A DNA stretch of 58,800 nt, the filler included. It is 4 parts of 4 records of this genome, joined end to end, with 100 filler letters (N's around TTAATTAATTAA, not from the genome) between each part and the next. Parts side by side here need not be neighbours in the genome. Positions count along the whole stretch, not along the records: positions 30,685 to 58,800 come from SRR22947725_1189; 3 more parts are not named here. The stretch is one strand, 5' to 3'. Below, piece after piece: positions 41,078 through 50,443 of the stretch. The notes below the pieces were generated by a model. That model had not been told where the DNA came from, made no database searches, and saw nothing but the letters and a program-made list of their open reading frames with translations. A program made the translations under genes and the position numbers. Each line of letters starts with the position of its first letter. Position 1 is the stretch's first letter.

Positions 41078-42030
41078 AAAGTGAGATTTGTGAAGTAGAT
41101 TTAATAAATCAAAATATAGTATTCATTGATGGATTAACAAGAGTTGGGAAATCGATGTTAAATGTTTTAGTTGCCTCATTGGATAAACTATCGCATCCAC
41201 AATTTTTTGAACCTTTAGAGCAACTATTACCTATGTACAAAAACGGTAACATGGATAAAAGCTCTATATCTTCATTTTTGCGTTTACAACTAAATGAAAA
41301 ATATTACAATTATTCTTTATCTAGAAATTTGAATTTTAGGTATGATGACTTGACAAGTATTCATAATTCAAACAATCCTAGTTTTTTTTTAAAAAATTTA
41401 TCAAAACTAGATGGAAAAATAGTTAACGATAATACAATTCATCAATTTCAAACCCACGATGTTTTAACACAATATAAGTTTTTTTTAGATTTAAATATAA
41501 ATGTAAAAGTAATTGAGCTTTTTAGAAATCCAATTGATACTATCCATTCTTGGTATAAAAGAGGTTGGGGAAACAGATTTGATAAAGAAGATCCTTTAAG
41601 TTTTACTAGTTTATTCAGATTCAGAAATAAAACTTTACCTCATTATGCAATTGGTTGTGAGGAGAAATATTTTTCACTGAATGAAATGGAAAAATGTGTT
41701 TTTTTACATAACCTACTTCTTAAAATGTCATTACAAGAATACCAGAATCTAACTCGTAAGCAAAAAGAAAATATATTATTAATTAAGTTTGAGGATGTAA
41801 TCTCTAATCCAGAGATAGAAATTGATAGAATTTGTTATTTTTTAAATTCAAGTAAAACAGAGTTTACCGCTAAGGCATTTATAAAAGCTAAAGTACCAAG
41901 AGTTATAAGTTTAGATAAAAGAGTTGAAAAGCTAAATGAAATAAAAAAAGCCGTTAGCCAGGAACTTTACGATGATTTAATAGATTTAGAAAATCAGTTT
42001 AATAATAATTTATATAAATTAATAAAATAA
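41065..42030 (+). CDS. sulfotransferase-fold protein
   Basis: 5'-PSB-like IDGLTRVGKS, 3'-PB-like RNPIDTIHSW and FEDVISNP motifs. Confidence 0.7.
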   Translation: MEYLKSEICEVDLINQNIVFIDGLTRVGKSMLNVLVASLDKLSHPQFFEPLEQLLPMYKNGNMDKSSISSFLRLQLNEKYYNYSLSRNLNFRYDDLTSIHNSNNPSFFLKNLSKLDGKIVNDNTIHQFQTHDVLTQYKFFLDLNINVKVIELFRNPIDTIHSWYKRGWGNRFDKEDPLSFTSLFRFRNKTLPHYAIGCEEKYFSLNEMEKCVFLHNLLLKMSLQEYQNLTRKQKENILLIKFEDVISNPEIEIDRICYFLNSSKTEFTAKAFIKAKVPRVISLDKRVEKLNEIKKAVSQELYDDLIDLENQFNNNLYKLIK

Positions 42031-42035
42031 ATATA

Positions 42036-43133
42036 ATGGTAATTTGGCTTATCGGCTTATCAGCATCTGGGAAAACTACAATAGGTAAGAAATTGATTGA
42101 AAAATTAACCATTTCAAAAGACAAATGGATTTTTCTTGATGGTGATACGGTTAGAAACATGCTTGGTGAAGACTTAGGACATACAATAGAAGATAGGAGA
42201 AAAAATGCTTTTCGAATTAGTAGAATATGTGAATTTTTAAGTTCTCAGAATATCAATGTTGTAGCTTGTGTTCTATCTATATTTCATGACAATCAACGAT
42301 ATAATAAGGAGAATATACCAAACTATAAAGAAGTTTATATAGATGTTGAATTTAATGAGCTTTTAAAAAGAGATAATAAGGAATTGTACAGTAAAGCCAT
42401 AAAAGGTGAAATTACTAATGTTGTTGGAGTAGATATTGAATTTTTGCCACCGTACTCACCAGATTTAATTATAGATAACAATAAATTAAGGTCAGATTTT
42501 GAAGATATAACTTCTAATATAATTTCAGAATTTAAAATTGTAATTGAAAATGATTATTCTTATACGAGTAATAACTTATTAATAAACCCTCATAAATATC
42601 AATATTCAAAATATGAAGGAAAAGCTTTCTTTTACAAATTTGTTGATGATAGAGAGAGTGCAAATATTTTTCTAGGAAAACGACTAGAAAAACTAAAACG
42701 ATATAACTTTTCAGGCCTAACAACATATACTAAAACTCACAAAATTAAAGATAGTTTATTTTTACGAGACTACTTGTTGAATTTATTGGAAAGCAATAAA
42801 GAAAATCTAGATAAAAACTTTAGTATAATTAAAGTTTTAATTCAAAGATTTGAGGTATCCAAGAAACTTTATATAAGCTATGATAGTCTAAGGGTCAGAA
42901 AAAACACTGAAGATTATTCGGAATTATTAAATTATCCACTTTTTTCTTTAGTATTGCAGAAATATTATGAACTTGAAGATAGTGAAGATAGAAAGTTAGT
43001 TTACTTAAACGCAATTTTAAAAACGAATGATATAATATCCTCAATAAAGGAAGATATGATAATTCTTAATGAAATAGAATATTCTATAAGAGCAATCAGT
43101 GGAGAGTTAAACATAATAAGTAGATATTTATGA
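42036..43133 (+). CDS. APS-kinase-fold kinase (Cj1415 cytidine diphosphoramidate kinase-like) fused to an unknown ~190-aa C-terminal domain
   Basis: GLSASGKTT, LDGD, RD.K.LY. Has LSIF and NVVGVDIEF rather than the ISPY and NFTGI..PYE motifs of true CysC. Confidence 0.8.
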   Translation: MVIWLIGLSASGKTTIGKKLIEKLTISKDKWIFLDGDTVRNMLGEDLGHTIEDRRKNAFRISRICEFLSSQNINVVACVLSIFHDNQRYNKENIPNYKEVYIDVEFNELLKRDNKELYSKAIKGEITNVVGVDIEFLPPYSPDLIIDNNKLRSDFEDITSNIISEFKIVIENDYSYTSNNLLINPHKYQYSKYEGKAFFYKFVDDRESANIFLGKRLEKLKRYNFSGLTTYTKTHKIKDSLFLRDYLLNLLESNKENLDKNFSIIKVLIQRFEVSKKLYISYDSLRVRKNTEDYSELLNYPLFSLVLQKYYELEDSEDRKLVYLNAILKTNDIISSIKEDMIILNEIEYSIRAISGELNIISRYL

Positions 43134-43873
43134 TGAATTATTCAATGTTGTTAATTAACAATAACCGCTCAAAGGCCTACTTGCAAAATTTAATACTTAA
43201 TGGGTTTATTCCAAAGAAAATTATACTTCTTAATGATAAGAATATTAATTTACCTGAGCATACAGAAAATGATAAACTAATTAGCAAGAAAACTAATCAG
43301 AAATTTATTCGAGAATTAAAAGATTTGAATATAAAGTTTGATGAGAAAGAACATGTTTTAGCAACAATTGAAAATAATAACATTGATTATGTTATTGTTG
43401 ATACTTTAAATATCAATAGTGAAGAAGTTGTAGCAGAAGTAAAAAACACCCCAACTGATTATTTAGTATATTCAGGCCCTGGAGGAACTATTTTGAGAAA
43501 AAAAATTCTTTCACAAGGTAAAAAATTTATACATGTTCATCCTGGTTGGTTACCTAGTTATAGAGGAAGTACAACAATATATTATTCTTTGCTAATTGAT
43601 TCAGAAGTTGGTGCTAGTGTAATAATATTTGAGGAAGGGATAGATGAAGGCCCTATTTTATATAAGAAAAAATATAAAATTGAAGAAAAAGGTATTGATT
43701 TAGATTATGTTCTTGATCCATTAGTAAGAGCAAAAACACTTGTCTCTTTTTTTAAACAAGAAAAAATCACCATAACTATGCAAAAAGAGGAAGAAAAGGT
43801 AAATACATTTTATATTGTGCATCCATTTATTAAACATGCTTCAATAATAAAATACAATGCCAAAAAAGCATAA
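43130..43873 (+). CDS. formyltransferase-family protein
   Basis: HVHPGWLPSYRG and GIDEGPI formyl-THF-binding motifs. Confidence 0.8.
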   Translation: MMNYSMLLINNNRSKAYLQNLILNGFIPKKIILLNDKNINLPEHTENDKLISKKTNQKFIRELKDLNIKFDEKEHVLATIENNNIDYVIVDTLNINSEEVVAEVKNTPTDYLVYSGPGGTILRKKILSQGKKFIHVHPGWLPSYRGSTTIYYSLLIDSEVGASVIIFEEGIDEGPILYKKKYKIEEKGIDLDYVLDPLVRAKTLVSFFKQEKITITMQKEEEKVNTFYIVHPFIKHASIIKYNAKKA

Positions 43874-44002
43874 TTCTTAATATTTTATGAGATCAGTTTA
43901 TTAAGTAAATCACAAAAATGTGTAAGTATAGATTGTTCTAATAAAAATAATCAGTTCAAATAATAAAAGGCATAAAATACCTAATAAACTGGCACGCTAA
44001 TT

Positions 44003-46390
44003 ATGAGGAAATTTTCAGATAAGTACAAACTTAGTGGGACAAAAGCAGAAACACTAGATTTTCTATCCCAAGCGGGGTATTCGGTTCCAAAAGTTCATTA
44101 TTTCACAGTCAAAGATTGGAACTCTAATAAAGATGCAATTATAGAGAATCTCATGACTCTCTTTTCGAATGATCTATTAGCTATACGAAGTAGTACAAAA
44201 GCAGAGGATACTGCAGATTCTTCAATGGCTGGTGCTTTTGAAAGTATTTTAAATGTTAAACTTGAGAGAGAATCAGTTATATCTGCAATTAATTCAGTTA
44301 TTGATTCTTTTGATGATGATGATAGTAATCAGGTATTAGTTCAACCCATGGTGAAAGATGTTGCTATGAGCGGTGTAGTTATGACTCAAGTTCTTGATGA
44401 CGGTTCTCCATACCACGTTGTTAATTATGATGACAGTTCTGGTTTAACTGATACGGTTACTAGTGGGGCAACTATAAACAAAACAGTTTACTTATATAAT
44501 GGAGTAGATACAAAAGATTTTGACTCCCAATATTTATTAGCTGTTCTGAAACTAATTCGGAATTTACAAAAGACCTTTCCTGATATACCAATGGATATTG
44601 AATTTGCCATTGATAAATCAATGAATATGCACTTATTACAAGTGCGTAAAATAACTACAATTACAAAATGGAAAAAAAATATAAATGATTATGTATCTGC
44701 TAGAATGTTATTCCTAAGGGATTATGTTCAGCAACTAATGCAAAAAAGAACAAATCTATATGGGGACAGGACATTGTTAGGTATTATGCCTGATTGGAAT
44801 CCTGCAGAAATGATAGGAGTTGTGCCTCATCCATTAGCTTTCTCTTTATATAGAGAGCTTATAACCAAAAGAACATGGAGTATTTCTAGGGAAATTATGG
44901 GGTATAGAAAAATGCCAAATACTGAATTGATGGTCTCTTTATTTGGTAGATCATATATTGATGTTAGAAATAGTATAAATTCATTTCTACCTGAGGGTCT
45001 TTCAAAAAATATTTCTGAAAAATTGGTTAATGCATACATAAACAGATTAGACAATAACCCTCATTTACACGACAAAATTGAATTCGATGTAGTTCATACT
45101 TCATACGACTTCGATTTTGATAAGAATTTTGAAAGCAGATATAGTGGGTTATTAAATAAAGAAGAATTACTATCATATAAGGGCTTGTTACGAAATATTA
45201 CGAAGAAAGCTATTGACAATTCATATGACAACAGTTTAAATAGCTCAATTCGTGATATAGAAAAACTAAAAGTAATACAGAGTAAGGAAATTATTTATGA
45301 GAAAAACTCATTTTCAATAGCTGATAGAATTAATACACTTATAGATGAATGCATAAAATATGGTACAATTCCATTCGCAATTATTGCGAGACATGGCTTT
45401 ATTGCAGAGAATCTATTACGCTCCGCAGTAAGTAATAACGTTATATCTGAAAGTAGAATTAAAGAATTTAAAAGTAGTTTTAATACTGTAGCTGGAGATT
45501 TAAGTGATGATTTTCAAAAAGTTTTAAATCGAGAGATTTCTAAAGAAGTTTACCTAAATAAATATGGGCATTTAAGACCTGGGAGTTATGATATATTATC
45601 ACCAAATTATTCAAACAGGAAAGACTTATTTGATGGAATGCCTAGAGACTCTTCTGATTCCTATGATAATTTTGAATTAACAGAAAAAGAAATATCTGCT
45701 TTTAATATTATACTTGGAGAGCATGGTTTTGATAATACCAAGGCAGATGATATTATTAATTATTCAATAAAAGCAATTAAAGGGCGTGAATACGCAAAAT
45801 TTATTTTCACAAAACATTTATCCGATATTCTTGAGAGTATTTCAGAATGGGGAGTTAATGAAGGGTTTAGCAGGGGTGATATGTCAATGCTAACGATTAG
45901 TGATGTATTAAAAGTGCTTTTCACACCACTAACAGATGATGTGAAATCTTTTTATGAAAAGAAAATAAAAAAAGCAGAAACTAATTTTAAGATTGCATCT
46001 TCTTTTAAATTGAGTTACTTGATTAGATCTGTACGTGATGTCTATATTGTTCCAATGCAAAGAAGTACTGCAAATTTTATAGGGGATAAAAGGATAGAGG
46101 CAGAAATAATTGAATTGAATCCATATTTAACAGAAATACCACCTTTAGAAAACAAGATAATTTGTATTGAGGGAGCTGACCCTGGATATGATTGGATATT
46201 TACACGAAACATAGCTGGATTGATTACAAAATATGGTGGAGCAAATTCTCATATGGCAATTCGTAGTGCTGAATACAACTTACCGGCCGCAATAGGCTGC
46301 GGTGAGCAAACTTATAACAGAGTAGTTTCAACTAAAAAGTGTCTTTTAGATTGTCAAAGGAAAAATCTTGAACCAATTGAATTATCATAG
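44003..46390 (+). CDS. PPDK/PEP-synthase-family kinase, L-glutamine kinase (Cj1418-like)
   Basis: ATP-grasp AIRSS..ED...S.AG.F.S, DIEFA, LLQVR. Central MPDWNPAE and YGHLRPG.YDI. Phospho-His domain ADPGYDW and GGANSHMAIR. Confidence 0.88.
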   Translation: MRKFSDKYKLSGTKAETLDFLSQAGYSVPKVHYFTVKDWNSNKDAIIENLMTLFSNDLLAIRSSTKAEDTADSSMAGAFESILNVKLERESVISAINSVIDSFDDDDSNQVLVQPMVKDVAMSGVVMTQVLDDGSPYHVVNYDDSSGLTDTVTSGATINKTVYLYNGVDTKDFDSQYLLAVLKLIRNLQKTFPDIPMDIEFAIDKSMNMHLLQVRKITTITKWKKNINDYVSARMLFLRDYVQQLMQKRTNLYGDRTLLGIMPDWNPAEMIGVVPHPLAFSLYRELITKRTWSISREIMGYRKMPNTELMVSLFGRSYIDVRNSINSFLPEGLSKNISEKLVNAYINRLDNNPHLHDKIEFDVVHTSYDFDFDKNFESRYSGLLNKEELLSYKGLLRNITKKAIDNSYDNSLNSSIRDIEKLKVIQSKEIIYEKNSFSIADRINTLIDECIKYGTIPFAIIARHGFIAENLLRSAVSNNVISESRIKEFKSSFNTVAGDLSDDFQKVLNREISKEVYLNKYGHLRPGSYDILSPNYSNRKDLFDGMPRDSSDSYDNFELTEKEISAFNIILGEHGFDNTKADDIINYSIKAIKGREYAKFIFTKHLSDILESISEWGVNEGFSRGDMSMLTISDVLKVLFTPLTDDVKSFYEKKIKKAETNFKIASSFKLSYLIRSVRDVYIVPMQRSTANFIGDKRIEAEIIELNPYLTEIPPLENKIICIEGADPGYDWIFTRNIAGLITKYGGANSHMAIRSAEYNLPAAIGCGEQTYNRVVSTKKCLLDCQRKNLEPIELS

Positions 46391-47008
46391 ATGTATAGAT
46401 TTGGGATAACGATGCGGATTACAAACGACACTAGCTATGATGAACCAAGAGATTCAATAGCAAGTGATTGGTCGAAATATATGTTGTCAACTTTTCCAGA
46501 TTCCCAATTTATATTTATTCCTAATATTGAAGAAGATGTTGTGCATTATATTAATAAATGGAATATTGATGTGCTAATATTAAGCGGAGGAGATGATCTA
46601 GGAATTTTTCCCGCTCGTGATAAAACGGAAACATTGGCTTTTTTATATGCTTTAAAAATGAGAATCCCTATCGTTGCGGTTTGCCGAGGCTTACAACTGG
46701 TTCATTCCTATTATGGAGGGAAATTAAAATCTGGTGATAATAAGTTTATAGAAAAACATCGAGCAACAAAACATTTAATTAATATGGATAATCATTCTAT
46801 TGAAGTTAACTCTTATCATACTTATAAAATTATAGAAGAAACAGTCAATAAGGATTTTGAAATATTTGCTAGATGTAAAGATGATAATTCGATTGAAGGC
46901 TTGAGGAATAAACAAATACTAGGAATGATGTGGCATCCTGAGAGAGATGAGTCAATTGCAAATTGGAACAAATTATTAATTGAGAAATTTATTAAAAATG
47001 AAAGATAG
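46391..47008 (+). CDS. class I amidotransferase-fold gamma-glutamyl-CDP-amidate hydrolase (Cj1417-like)
   Basis: GIT.R, LSGGDD, VCRGLQ, NSYH, MWHPER. Directly follows the kinase. Confidence 0.85.
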   Translation: MYRFGITMRITNDTSYDEPRDSIASDWSKYMLSTFPDSQFIFIPNIEEDVVHYINKWNIDVLILSGGDDLGIFPARDKTETLAFLYALKMRIPIVAVCRGLQLVHSYYGGKLKSGDNKFIEKHRATKHLINMDNHSIEVNSYHTYKIIEETVNKDFEIFARCKDDNSIEGLRNKQILGMMWHPERDESIANWNKLLIEKFIKNER

Positions 47009-47744
47009 AGCATTAATATTAGCAGCAGGGAGAGGTTCTCGAATGGGTGCGGAAACTGCATTAAAACCAAAATGTCTAACCGTGTTGGCCGGGAAACAAC
47101 TTCTCCAATGGCAACTTGATTCCCTAAAAGGTGCTGGAATTGAAAATGTAACAGTCGTTCGTGGGTATAGATCAGAAATGTTGCAAGGTGAATTTTCTGT
47201 AATAAATAATATAAGATGGAGTGATACTAATATGGTATATTCTTTGTTTTGTGCGCCTTCATTTAATGGTAATACAATAATATCATATTCTGATATTGTT
47301 TATAAAGAAGAGCATATAGTAAAGCTAAATAAATCAAATAAAGATATAACTATTACTGCGGATAAGTGTTGGGAAGAATTATGGAGACTGCGATTTGAAG
47401 ACCCTTTTGATGATGCAGAAACATTTAAAAGTGATGGAGGGAAACTTCTTGAAATTGGTGGGAAGACTCGAAACGCAGATGATATTGAAGCGCAGTATAT
47501 GGGGCTTTTGAAATTAACTAAGAATGGATGGAATATTATTTATGAAGTATTTCAATCATTGACAGACAAGGAGAAAGATAAAATGGACATGACAAGTATG
47601 TTAAACCTTCTGTTAAATAAGGGAATTAATATTAATGTAGTATTTGTTGAAGGAGGATGGTGCGAATCTGATGAGTATTCTGATGTTTTAGCCTATGAAA
47701 AAGAACTAAAGCTAAACAAAAACTGGAAACATAATTGGCGATAA
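46998..47744 (+). CDS. LicC-family cytidylyltransferase (Cj1416 phosphoglutamine cytidylyltransferase-like)
   Basis: ILAAGRGSRM, KPKCL, TNM.YSL, SYSDI, W..RF.DP..DAE, QYMGL. ATG at 46998. Confidence 0.85.
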   Translation: MKDRALILAAGRGSRMGAETALKPKCLTVLAGKQLLQWQLDSLKGAGIENVTVVRGYRSEMLQGEFSVINNIRWSDTNMVYSLFCAPSFNGNTIISYSDIVYKEEHIVKLNKSNKDITITADKCWEELWRLRFEDPFDDAETFKSDGGKLLEIGGKTRNADDIEAQYMGLLKLTKNGWNIIYEVFQSLTDKEKDKMDMTSMLNLLLNKGININVVFVEGGWCESDEYSDVLAYEKELKLNKNWKHNWR

Positions 47745-47840
47745 CTTGCTTATCTCTGTAAAATATACCACTGCTGGTTGATGTCTTTTAATTAAATTAG
47801 GTAGCTTTTTAATGAATAGAATTAATTTTGAGAAAATAGT

Positions 47841-48596
47841 ATGATAGCCAAAGTAATTGAAATTGCACACCAAGCTTCATTTGAGGTTTTAAAAATTTAT
47901 AATAAAGGTATAATTCAAATACAATCAAAACAAGATAATTCTCCTGTAACTGAAGCTGATTTAATATCAAATAAAATTATTATCAATGGTTTAAGAAATA
48001 TATCTAATTACCCTATACTTACTGAAGAAAGTCCTGTGGAATATAAAGTAAGAAAAAATTGGACTAAATATTGGGTAGTAGACCCTCTTGATGGGACGAA
48101 AGATTTTATTGCGAAAAACGGAGGTTTTACTATTAACATTGCATTAATTGAAAATACCAAGCCTATTATGGGAGTGGTTCTTGTACCGGTTACTGGAGAG
48201 GTATATTATGCGGAACTAGGCAGAGGTTCATACAAGAATAATAAAAAAATTTTTAATAATTCAAAAAGAATTGATTTAATTGGAGCAGATAGTATTCATC
48301 ATTCTACAAAAGAGGTAGAATTGTTTTTTAAGAAACATAATATATCCAAAGTTCTAAAGTTAGGGTCTTCTATAAAAATTTGCAAGTTGGCTGAGGGAGA
48401 AGTTGATGTTTATCCCAGATTAAATGGAACAAAGGAGTGGGATACAGCTGCTAGCCATATCATAGCAAATGAGGCGGGTTGTCGGCTTATTGATACTGAA
48501 TCAAAAAAAGAATTAACTTACAATAAAAAGAGCCTGAAAAACAATCATTTTATTGCTATAAGGAACAATTTAGATTTGAAAAACGATTTTTACTAA
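47841..48596 (+). CDS. cysQ: 3'(2'),5'-bisphosphate nucleotidase
   Basis: SPVTEAD, TEE, VDPLDGTKDF, GSSIK, YPR..T.EWDTAA. Confidence 0.92.
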   Translation: MIAKVIEIAHQASFEVLKIYNKGIIQIQSKQDNSPVTEADLISNKIIINGLRNISNYPILTEESPVEYKVRKNWTKYWVVDPLDGTKDFIAKNGGFTINIALIENTKPIMGVVLVPVTGEVYYAELGRGSYKNNKKIFNNSKRIDLIGADSIHHSTKEVELFFKKHNISKVLKLGSSIKICKLAEGEVDVYPRLNGTKEWDTAASHIIANEAGCRLIDTESKKELTYNKKSLKNNHFIAIRNNLDLKNDFY

Positions 48597-48961
48597 AATT
48601 TATATATGCCCCTAATTAGTTTGATATTTAAAGAAATATATTTATCACATTTGTCTAAAAGTTAGGAAGTCACTAACTTAATCAGGACTTTATCTAAAAA
48701 AGCATACATTTAAACATAGTGATTTGTCTAAAAACATCAATAAATTAAGTAATTTTTTTTGATATAAACAGATAAAAATTCGTAAGGTTACAGAAAGTAT
48801 TCTCTCTAAGTAATATGAGCCTAGATTATGCGAGATTATTTGGATGAGTTTTGTAACAGAGAAACATCATATCTTAGGATGATAATCTACTTAGTCTAAT
48901 AGTAACCCATCTGTTATTGTAATTACCAATCACATTTTAATCAATAGGCATAAAATATTAA

Positions 48962-50443
48962 ATGATAAAAATTAATCAATCAGTTTTAAACTCAAATATT
49001 AAAACGGGCAATTCATTATTTTACAATACTTTAAGAATTTTTGTAACTTTGGGTTTTCCATTTATATTAGTGCCCTATATTTCACGTGTATTTAGTGTAG
49101 AACAAATAGGCGTTTATAATTGGAGTTTATCACTGGTAAACTATTTGATAATTATAACTGGGGTTAGTTTTCCTATAATTGGAATACGAGAGCTAAGTAA
49201 AGCAAAAAAACAAGCTAATGAAATAAATTCAATTATTACTGATATACTTTATGTTAGAATTATACTTTTTTTAATAGCTTTTTCCTTTACATTGGGTATT
49301 GTTTTAATGACAAACAAATTCTCTGATAATTCATTAATAATTTTAATTCTTAGCACATTAATTATCTTCGAGATTTTAGCTCATGAATGGATTTTTATTT
49401 CATATGGAAATTATAGATCAATATTAATTAGAAGTTTTATTAGTAAACTTGTTTTAATAATATTAACCTATGTTTTTGTAAAAGGAGTTGAAGATTTGAT
49501 TTTGTTTGTATGCTTCTATTCCTTTTCAATGTTTTTATCTTCATTTTTAGGTTTTAATTATTTATTTACATCTTTTAAACCTAATTTACATAAGGCCAAT
49601 TTTTTTAGATATTTTTCAATGGATACATTGAAAAGTTTTTTCTTAAATATACTAATGAGTTTTTATGGAAAGCTGGATATATTGCTAATTGCGATAATTA
49701 TATCTCCTCGAGATTTAGGGTTATTTAGTAATGCCTATAAAATAATTGTATTAGCTTTGGTTTTTATTACTTCCTGGACTATGGTTTTGTTGCCTAAATC
49801 TGTTAAAAATAAAGACAATAATGAAGATTTTAATAAAATCATTAATTGGTCCATTGATTTAGTTCTTGTTTTTGGTATTTACTTTTCAATTAATATTATA
49901 ATATTTTCGAAAAGTATTATATCAATCATATTTGGTGATAATTTCATAGAGGCAACTATATTCTTACAATTATTAGCCCCGATTATTGTTTTAATCAGTG
50001 TATATAATGTAATAGTATATCAGGTCTTGTTTGCCAAAGATATTTATAAGGAAGTATTGAGGTTTTTTACTGCTGTATACATAATTGGTGTTTTAGGTAT
50101 ATTCTTTTTGTATAGTTGGATTGGACTTAATGGTGCAATATTAGTTTTAATATTCATGAATCTAATACAGTTAGTCATAGCTATATATTATTTAGTTAAA
50201 AGAACATCAATTAATATATTTAATCTTAATAAACTGAAAATATTAATTGGAGCAGTCATGCTAGTACTCTTTGGTATAGGAACAAAATATTTTAATATTG
50301 AAAAAAATTCTGAGATTGCTATGTTTATATGTATTTCTATTTTTGTGTTTTTTGGTGTTCTATTGTTATTGAAAGAAAATATTTTACTTCAAATTGTTAA
50401 ATTGATAAAACTGAATCATGTCAAAATTAAAGGTAGTAACTAA
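48962..50443 (+). CDS. wzx: polysaccharide flippase
   Basis: Multi-TM PST-family protein with PYISRV, GIRE and GLFSNAYK. Confidence 0.88.
   Translation: MIKINQSVLNSNIKTGNSLFYNTLRIFVTLGFPFILVPYISRVFSVEQIGVYNWSLSLVNYLIIITGVSFPIIGIRELSKAKKQANEINSIITDILYVRIILFLIAFSFTLGIVLMTNKFSDNSLIILILSTLIIFEILAHEWIFISYGNYRSILIRSFISKLVLIILTYVFVKGVEDLILFVCFYSFSMFLSSFLGFNYLFTSFKPNLHKANFFRYFSMDTLKSFFLNILMSFYGKLDILLIAIIISPRDLGLFSNAYKIIVLALVFITSWTMVLLPKSVKNKDNNEDFNKIINWSIDLVLVFGIYFSINIIIFSKSIISIIFGDNFIEATIFLQLLAPIIVLISVYNVIVYQVLFAKDIYKEVLRFFTAVYIIGVLGIFFLYSWIGLNGAILVLIFMNLIQLVIAIYYLVKRTSINIFNLNKLKILIGAVMLVLFGIGTKYFNIEKNSEIAMFICISIFVFFGVLLLLKENILLQIVKLIKLNHVKIKGSN

Noticed and set aside
44003-46390. PEP synthase/PPDK, or phosphonate biosynthesis
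   Set aside because: It lacks the pyruvate-binding barrel, there is no PEP mutase in the locus, and its neighbours match the phosphoramidate pathway.
48597-48961. Possible IS-end remnant or short repeat (TTTGTCTAAAA twice) between cysQ and wzx
   Set aside because: There is no transposase fragment or matching inverted end, and short AT-rich repeats can arise by chance.
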